Assembly (NCBI GenBank): GCA_963717935.1
Contig: CAVQXP010000004.1
Span: 416,001-480,000, forward strand
DNA from: Candidatus Eiseniibacteriota bacterium
Lineage (GTDB): Bacteria > Eisenbacteria > RBG-16-71-46
Length of the DNA stretch: 64,000 bases
Reading direction: 5' to 3'
The notes below the pieces were generated by a model. It was not told the DNA's origin. It saw nothing but the letters and a program-made list of their open reading frames with translations, and did not search any database. This document shows positions 57,712 to 64,000 of the stretch, piece by piece; the stretch's first letter is position 1, and every line of letters begins with the position of its first letter. The translations under genes were made by a program, and so were the position numbers.

Positions 57712-58539
57712 ATGCCACGCTCCAGTCGGGCCACCCACGCGTTTCGCGCGGCGCTTGCCGCGGGTCTCGCCGCCGCCGCACTCCTCCTGGCGCTCGTTCC
57801 GCAGCGCTCCTGCGCGCAACCCACCACGTCCGACGGGGACAAGCTCGAGACCCTCTCGACGTCGCGCGGCAACATCCTCGACGAGGGCGTGTTCATCGTC
57901 TCCCAGAGCGGGACACCGGTGCGCGTCGAGGAATTCGCCATCGAGCGGATGCGCGACACGCTCCTGGTGAGGGCCGCCAGCAGGGTGTCGCTCCCCGGGC
58001 AGACGGCGCGGCCCGTGGACAAGAGCATGATCCTCGTGGTCGGCCCCCTCGACTTTGCCATGGGCAGCTACTGGTCGCAGCTGGCTGCCGGGACCGACAC
58101 GCTCCGGCGCGGGGTCGAGGTCACCCCGGGCGACACCGTCTTCACGCTCTGGCGGGAACTCAACCGGGCCGGCGCCGGGGACAGGCTCGCGATGCCGCCG
58201 GGACGCCTGTACATCCTCGATCCGCCGCTCTTCACCACCTTCAACTTCATCGGATGGACCCTGCAGGGGAAGGTCTGCGACCGGCGGCCGGTCAAGGTGT
58301 TCGTCCTCGGCGCGCGAGACTCGATGGTGGACGCCTCGGTGACGGACGTCGGCAACGAGACCATCCGCTGGGGCGGCCGGCCCGTGCAGGCGCGCAAGCT
58401 CGTCATCGCCGACGAGGTGACGTCCTTCACGGCGTGGTTCTCGCCCGACGGCCGCATGCTCAGGCTGGAGCAGCCCCGGGACAGTATCCGCGTGGACCGC
58501 AAGGCCCCTCCGCTCAAGCGCCAGCCACCGCGCAGGTAA
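57712..58539 (+). CDS. Secreted hypothetical beta-rich protein
   Basis: Signal-like hydrophobic segment; C-terminal ETIRWGGRPVQARK..WFSPDGRMLRLE pattern. Confidence 0.7.
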   Translation: MPRSSRATHAFRAALAAGLAAAALLLALVPQRSCAQPTTSDGDKLETLSTSRGNILDEGVFIVSQSGTPVRVEEFAIERMRDTLLVRAASRVSLPGQTARPVDKSMILVVGPLDFAMGSYWSQLAAGTDTLRRGVEVTPGDTVFTLWRELNRAGAGDRLAMPPGRLYILDPPLFTTFNFIGWTLQGKVCDRRPVKVFVLGARDSMVDASVTDVGNETIRWGGRPVQARKLVIADEVTSFTAWFSPDGRMLRLEQPRDSIRVDRKAPPLKRQPPRR

Positions 58540-58540
58540 C

Positions 58541-58626
58541 CGGGGCGTCGTGGTGCGGACGGGGCCGGTAGGCGAGCGTGTCCGCACTTAGCCGCCCACC
58601 GGCCCCGTCCGCACCACGACGCCCCG
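58541..58626. repeat. Perfect 29-bp inverted repeat between convergent genes
   Basis: CGGGGCGTCGTGGTGCGGACGGGGCCGGT (58541-58569) is the exact reverse complement of 58598-58626. Confidence 0.9.
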
Positions 58627-58669
58627 CCTGCACCGCGGCGCTTGCCCGCCGCCGCGACGCGCGCCCCCG

Positions 58670-60175
58670 CTACGTCTCCTTCGCCCGCCGCGCGAGCCAT
58701 TCCAGCAGCAACCGCACGCCGTAGCCGGTGGGGCCGCGCCGCTCGTGCGGCCGGTCCGCGGGCGCCCAGGCCGTATTCGCGATGTCGAGGTGCGCCCAGC
58801 GCAGGTCGCCCGCGAAGTGCTTGAGGAAGCGCGCCGCGATGCAGGCGCCGCCGTCGCGCGAAGCGGCCGCGTTGACGATGTCGGCCGTGTCGCTCTCGAG
58901 GTCCTTCTCGTACTCGTCCCACAGGGGCAGGCGCCACAACCGCTCACCCGAGGCCTCTCCCGCCGCGAGCAACTCGGCGGCCAGGCCGTCGTCGGTGGTG
59001 AACAGGCCCGCCACGTAGGGGCCCAACGCGATCCCGATGGCGCCCGTCAGCGTCGCCAGGTCCACGACCGTCGCGCCCTCGTAGCGCTTCGCGTAGACCA
59101 GCGCGTCGGCCAGCAGCAGCCGCCCCTCGGCGTCCGTGTTGGTGACCTCGATGCTGGTGCCATTCATCGCGCGCAGCACGTCACCGGGCTTGAGCGCGCG
59201 CCCGCCGGGCATGTTCTCGGCCGCCGGGATGAGCCCCACGATCCGCAGTGACAGCGTGCCGTCGGGCAGGGCCGCGAACAGCCCGAGCACGGCCGCGGCG
59301 CCGGCCATGTCGTACTTCATCTCGTGCAGGCCGTCACGCGGCTTGAGCGAGATGCCACCCGCATCGAAGGTCACCCCCTTGCCCACCACCACGACCGTGG
59401 GTGGATCCTGGCCGCGCGGCGCCTTCGGCCCGCGTTCGAGCACGATGAAGCGTGGCGGGTGCGCGCTGCCCCGCCCCACGCCCAGGATGGCGTTCATGCC
59501 GAGGCGTTCCATCGCGGGCACATCGAGCACCTCGATCTTCGCCCCCGTGGAGCGCGCCACCTCCTTCGCGCGCTCCACGAGCCGCTCCGGCGTGAGGTCG
59601 CTGCCCGGCATGCTGGTGAGGTCGCGCGCCAGCACGACACCCTCGGCCCAGCGCCGGCCGCGCCCGACCGCCAGGGCCAGCGCTGCCGCCCGCTCCGTGC
59701 CGGGCTCGACCACCTCGACACGCCTGAGGGCCGGGGCGCCGGGCTTCGTCCGGTAGGCGGTGAAGCGCCAGGGCCCCAGCACGGCGCCTTCGGCGGTGGC
59801 CTGCGCGGCCGCGACCGGATCGAGCCGGTCCGCGCCAAGCGCAGGGATGACGACGGTGCCAGCGCGCAACTCGCGGGCCTTGCGCACCGCGGACGCGGCG
59901 GCGAGGCGAACGCTCCGGAGCGAGAGCCCCGCCCGCGGCCCGAGGCCCACGACCAGGATCCGCTTGGCCTTGAGGCCCTTCGGGTAGAGCACGACGATCT
60001 CGGCGTTCGCACCGCTGAAATCGCGACGGGCGAGCAGGGCCGAGAGGATGCCCTGCGCGGCGCGGTCCACGGCCGCGGCCGCTCCCGCGAGCTTCCGCTC
60101 GCCCTTCAGGATGCCGACGACGAGCGCGCCGGCCGGGCGTTGTACAAGGTTCCCGCAGCGGAAGACGATGTCCAT
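58670..60175 (-). CDS. pepA: Leucyl aminopeptidase (M17)
   Basis: GKGVTFDAGG, MKYDMAGA, NTDAEGRL, DLATLTG, WAHLDIA. Confidence 0.95.
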   Translation of the reverse strand: MDIVFRCGNLVQRPAGALVVGILKGERKLAGAAAAVDRAAQGILSALLARRDFSGANAEIVVLYPKGLKAKRILVVGLGPRAGLSLRSVRLAAASAVRKARELRAGTVVIPALGADRLDPVAAAQATAEGAVLGPWRFTAYRTKPGAPALRRVEVVEPGTERAAALALAVGRGRRWAEGVVLARDLTSMPGSDLTPERLVERAKEVARSTGAKIEVLDVPAMERLGMNAILGVGRGSAHPPRFIVLERGPKAPRGQDPPTVVVVGKGVTFDAGGISLKPRDGLHEMKYDMAGAAAVLGLFAALPDGTLSLRIVGLIPAAENMPGGRALKPGDVLRAMNGTSIEVTNTDAEGRLLLADALVYAKRYEGATVVDLATLTGAIGIALGPYVAGLFTTDDGLAAELLAAGEASGERLWRLPLWDEYEKDLESDTADIVNAAASRDGGACIAARFLKHFAGDLRWAHLDIANTAWAPADRPHERRGPTGYGVRLLLEWLARRAKET

Positions 60176-60505
60176 GGGGACGGCCCCTTCTGTCGTGAGG
60201 CAAGACGGCGGTGGACCGCGGGAGACTAGCCCATGGGGGAGCGGTTCCCCAACGGGGACTCGCGCCGCTTTCGCAGGCCCGTGGCGAGCGTCTGGAACCA
60301 TCCGCCGGTCCGACTCATCCAGCCGGAGACACCAAAGCGCTTGCGCCTCACGAACCCCCGCTGTCATCCTGCAGCCGGATGGCCCGGGCCCCTTGTCCGG
60401 GCGAGCATGGCCGCAGCGCATCAGGGACTGGATGCGGAGATGGTCCCGCCAGCCGGCGGGCGAACGAGCCCCCAAGGAATCCGGGGCGACACGAGGAGAA
60501 ACGAC

Positions 60506-61273
60506 ATGCGACTTCGTCCGTGGATCATCCTGAGTCTCGCGATCGTGCTGGCTGCCTCCGTGGTGGGCTGCGGCGCCAGGAGGGACGCGGAGACCACGAT
60601 GGCCGACAGCACCGCCTTCGCGACCAACCCGACGGAGCAGGGCCTGGGGGATCTCGCCCCACAGGGACAGGTCCCGCCGCCCGAGCCCACGCCGGAGCCC
60701 CGGGTGGAGACCCCGAAGAGATCACCCGCGCCGAAGCCGAAGGCTCCCGCGCCCGCACCGGACCCGGGCTACACGGTGCCGGCGGGCACGGCCATCACGA
60801 TCACCGTCACCGCACCGATCTCCTCGGAGACCGCGCAGGTCGGTGACGCATGGAGCGGCGTGGTGAAGGACAACGTCGTCGTCGGCGAGAAGACCGTGAT
60901 CCCGGCCGGCAGCACCGTCAGCGGCACCGTGAGCGCGGTGAAGCCCGCGGCGAAGGGTGACCGCGCCATGCTCGATCTGGTCGTCGGCTCGATGATCGTC
61001 GAGGGTGCGGACTACACGGCGCACGCCACCACCGAAGCGATCGAGGCCGGCTCCACTCGCGCGCGGAACCTCGGCGCCATCGCGGGCGGCACGGGAGCCG
61101 GGGCGCTCATCGGCGGGGCGGTCGGCGGCAAGAAGGGCGCGCTGATCGGCGGCCTGCTCGGCGGCGTGGGGGCCACCGGCGCAGTGGCGACATCGAAGGG
61201 CTACCAGGTCGTGCTCAAGGAGGGCACCGAGCTCACCTTCTCCACCAGCGAGCCGGTGAGCATCAAGCGCTGA
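60506..61273 (+). CDS. Lipoprotein with Pro-rich linker, VirB10/TrbI-like beta domain and glycine zipper
   Basis: GAGGAG RBS; lipobox VVGC; VPAGT..VIPAGS; GTGAGALIGGAVGGKKGALIGG. Confidence 0.8.
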   Translation: MRLRPWIILSLAIVLAASVVGCGARRDAETTMADSTAFATNPTEQGLGDLAPQGQVPPPEPTPEPRVETPKRSPAPKPKAPAPAPDPGYTVPAGTAITITVTAPISSETAQVGDAWSGVVKDNVVVGEKTVIPAGSTVSGTVSAVKPAAKGDRAMLDLVVGSMIVEGADYTAHATTEAIEAGSTRARNLGAIAGGTGAGALIGGAVGGKKGALIGGLLGGVGATGAVATSKGYQVVLKEGTELTFSTSEPVSIKR

Positions 61274-61446
61274 GCCGGCGGATCGGCCCGCGCGTTGCAG
61301 GACGGCCCCGGGGCGATGCTCCGGGGCCGTTCGCGGTGTCCCGGGGCAGCACCGGCCGCGACGACAGGTGCCCCGCCGGGTACACCATCGGCAGCGAATC
61401 GACGGGGCTCCCGTTGGGGCGCTTGGGGTTCGCCGGGCGTCGGGTG

Positions 61447-61462
61447 CGGCATGCAGTTTGCA
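61447..61462 (+). promoter_or_regulatory. Candidate sigma54 promoter
   Basis: CGGCATGCAGTTTGCA about 77 nt upstream of ATG 61539. Confidence 0.6.
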
Positions 61463-61538
61463 ATGCCGTCCGAACGCCGTTTCCTTCCCCCTGGTCAGTC
61501 AACGCTGTGGCCACCGCACCGGGCACAACGGAGGACCC

Positions 61539-62507
61539 ATGAGAAGCAGACTCCTGCTCGCAACGTCCCTGCTCGCGGCCGCCGGCCTGCTCGCCGGCTG
61601 TGGAACGAGCACCGTGAACTCCCCCCTCGCGAACGACACGTCCTCGCTGGACCAGGCGCAGGTCGCCAGCGTGGTCGCCGCCCTGCCCGAGGTGGTCGAG
61701 GACGGCCAGTTCGAGAGCGCGGAGATCACGAGTCTGGGCGCGGGGGCAAGCCCGGTCGGGGCGTTTACCGCCATCAGCCCGCTGCATTTCTGGCGTGTCA
61801 TCACCGACGTGGACCGGAGCTTCGAGTTCGCCTTCGCGGACTCCGACTCGACCGGGCGGCCCACGACCGCCATCGTGACCGTGCACAAGTCGCTCACCGG
61901 ACGCTTCAACATCCTGACCGGCGTGCCGGGTGGCGACACCACGGCCATCGACTCTTCGGTCGCCGTCATCCACAAGCCGCTGGCCGACCACTGGGTGCGT
62001 CGCATCCTGCTCAAGCGCTTCGCCGTGGGCGACCTGGCGCGGGGCGGATGGCGCGTGGTGGCGACCTCGGGCGTCAAGATCACGTCGCGGGCCGCCACGA
62101 CCCGGATCGTGAGCCTGCGCCTCCAGGCCGCCGGCGTGGACACCACGCTCACCGACCCGCTGGCCTTCTTCTACCTGCCCCGCATCCTGAGGCTCGAGCC
62201 CGGCACGCCAGCCACGCTCACCGTGACCACGCTGCGCGACGACGACGTCGTGGTGCTGTGCCGCCTCGGACACCGGTTCCGCTTCCGCAACAACGGCGAC
62301 AACACCTACGCCGGGGTCTGGCTGGTGCCGGACCTGCGCGTGGGATCCGGGCCGCAGCCGGGCCCGGGCCGCCCGCCCGTCTTCCACTTCGGCGTGAACG
62401 CGCTCTCGCACGGCACGCTCTTCGACGACCAGGCTCCATACGACTCGCAGGCCTGGCTGCTGCCCGTCCTGATCGCGCCGGACCAGATCGCGGACGCACT
62501 GCCTTAG
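61539..62507 (+). CDS. Hypothetical lipoprotein
   Basis: GGAGG RBS; lipobox LAGC; beta-rich body. Confidence 0.8.
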   Translation: MRSRLLLATSLLAAAGLLAGCGTSTVNSPLANDTSSLDQAQVASVVAALPEVVEDGQFESAEITSLGAGASPVGAFTAISPLHFWRVITDVDRSFEFAFADSDSTGRPTTAIVTVHKSLTGRFNILTGVPGGDTTAIDSSVAVIHKPLADHWVRRILLKRFAVGDLARGGWRVVATSGVKITSRAATTRIVSLRLQAAGVDTTLTDPLAFFYLPRILRLEPGTPATLTVTTLRDDDVVVLCRLGHRFRFRNNGDNTYAGVWLVPDLRVGSGPQPGPGRPPVFHFGVNALSHGTLFDDQAPYDSQAWLLPVLIAPDQIADALP

Positions 62508-62711
62508 CAGGGTTCTTTGCCGGGACGTCCCCCAGCCGGACGGGCGGGCCAGTCGGCCCGCCCGTCGGCCGTTTGGGGCGCTCGCCTGTCGCCCCGGGCG
62601 CCAGACCGGTATGTTCCTCCCCGCCGAGCGGTGCCTGATCCCGCCGCCACCTCTTCGTCCGTGCCCCGGGCGCGTCCCGGGGGATCGTCCTTTCGCTGGA
62701 GGCCTGCATCC

Positions 62712-63557
62712 ATGTCTCGCCGAAACAGCACCGGCGCACGGCTCCGCGCGCTCGCGCGGGCCCTGGGGGTCCTGTCCATCGCCCTGCTCCCTGCCACCGT
62801 CGCGGCGCACTCCGACGCCCGATGGAAGCGCTTCGGCGGCGAGTTCAAGCTCACCGAGCCGACGCCCCTGGCCGAGTTGGCCGCTCACCCCGAGAGATAC
62901 TTCAACCGCCAGGTGCGGATCGAGGGCGTCATCGCCTCGGCCTGCACCAACGAAGGGTGCTTCATCGAGGTCGTCCCGGAGGGCGGGGGCGAGGGCGTCG
63001 TGGTCAACTTCCCCGAGTTGACGCAGCTCTTCCCCACGAGGTGCGCCGGCGCACGCGCCATCGTCGAGGGCCTGTTCTACCAGAAGGTCTATCCCGCCGC
63101 GCGCCTGCTTCACTGGCAGGGCCATTCATTCCACGCGGGCCAGCCGATGCCCGACTTCGCGCTCATCCGGCGGATCGGCGCGACCGCGGTCCGCATCACC
63201 GACGAGACGGGGGCCCCGCCGGCGCCGGGCGAGATCGCCCGGGCGCAGACGGACCGGCTCGATCTCGGCGCGGTGGAATTCGAAGCGGAGGGATTCGGCG
63301 TCGGACGGAAGTGGCTTCAGCCGGGCGACAGCACCGAGTCCCACGGCACGGGGAACAATCGCGAGATCGTCATCTGCCTGGAGGGGAAGCTCGCGGTGCT
63401 CAGGCCCGGAGCCCCCCCGGTCGTCCTGCTGCCGGGGGAGATGACCTATCTCGCGCCGGAGACACGACACGGACTGAAGAACCCGGCCGACCGGCCGGCC
63501 GCCTACGTGTTCGTGTTCTCGCGAAGGATCGAGCCCGAGAAGCCGCACGAGCACTGA
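62712..63557 (+). CDS. Secreted DUF4920-like OB-fold protein fused to a cupin domain
   Basis: Signal peptide; VRIEGVIASACTNEGCF; C-terminal cupin (SHGT..EIVICLEG..LLPGEMTY....HGLKN). Confidence 0.7.
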   Translation: MSRRNSTGARLRALARALGVLSIALLPATVAAHSDARWKRFGGEFKLTEPTPLAELAAHPERYFNRQVRIEGVIASACTNEGCFIEVVPEGGGEGVVVNFPELTQLFPTRCAGARAIVEGLFYQKVYPAARLLHWQGHSFHAGQPMPDFALIRRIGATAVRITDETGAPPAPGEIARAQTDRLDLGAVEFEAEGFGVGRKWLQPGDSTESHGTGNNREIVICLEGKLAVLRPGAPPVVLLPGEMTYLAPETRHGLKNPADRPAAYVFVFSRRIEPEKPHEH

Positions 63558-63609
63558 CCTCTGACGCCGCGCAGACAGGGCGCCGGCGCGCGACCCGACG
63601 CCTGCGCTG

Positions 63610-63682
63610 GCCGGGAGGATCCATGACCCGCGGCAAGCGCGATCCGGACCGCGGACCGCCGCGGGTCATGGATCGTCCCGGC
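63610..63682. repeat. 25-bp inverted repeat (1 mismatch) between convergent genes
   Basis: GCCGGGAGGATCCATGACCCGCGGC (63610-63634) versus the reverse complement of 63658-63682. Confidence 0.85.
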
Positions 63683-64000
63683 TAGAGCCCCTCCTCCTTC
63701 TCGTCGTCGCTGCCGTCGTCCTCCTCCTCCGGCGGCAGCTCGTCGCTGACGCGGCCGTGGCGGAAGATCTCGGCCCACTCCTCGACCTCCTTCTTCGAGA
63801 GCGTGACCGGCTTCTCGGGATGCTCCGGCGAGACCGGGCCCAGCACGCTGGCCAGGAACAGGTCCGAGAGCGAGACGTCCGCGCCCATGGCGCGAGCGTG
63901 GCGCGCGACCTCGAGGTCCGCGGTCACCACGGTGATCCGCTCGACCCACCTCATCTGCTCCTCGACCAGCTCGCGGATCACGTCGTCGGCTGTCTTCGGC
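63682..64000 (-). CDS. NYN/YacP-like PIN domain protein (5' end outside the window)
   Basis: KTADDVIRELV..ITVVTADLEVARHARAMGA..S.LF pattern; acidic tail. Confidence 0.7.
   Translation of the reverse strand, partial: PKTADDVIRELVEEQMRWVERITVVTADLEVARHARAMGADVSLSDLFLASVLGPVSPEHPEKPVTLSKKEVEEWAEIFRHGRVSDELPPEEEDDGSDDEKEEGL

Overview
A very GC-rich bacterial chromosomal window with about 48 protein-coding genes. I found no rRNA, tRNA, CRISPR array, transposase, integrase or phage gene. Secreted proteins ending either in an FlgD-Ig/T9SS-type C-terminal domain or in a short STWGxxKxxYR tail suggest an FCB-group organism such as Candidatus Eisenbacteria (inference, not verified). Housekeeping and envelope genes include a YhaO/YhaN-type SbcDC-like pair, nth, sppA, mscL, glgP, a PIG-L deacetylase, a PBP7-like peptidase, rlmD, pepA, a Ser/Thr kinase next to an FHA-GAF-PP2C phosphatase, and two amidohydrolases. 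The most striking structure is at 35.3-38.1 kb: a tandem duplication of a complete expression cassette (tauE 3' remnant, sigma70 promoter, highly conserved leader, signal-peptide start, variable body, STWGxxKxxYR tail, identical terminator stem) in which the two central protein bodies show no visible homology. Also notable are an SppA fused to a PorV/FadL-like barrel domain, a Lon lacking its N-domain and with a degenerate ATPase, several sigma54-type promoters, and a cluster of single-base frameshifts (36.5-50.5 kb, densest at 44.3-50.5 kb) that look like long-read consensus errors. Family names come from motif recognition by eye; no database search was run.
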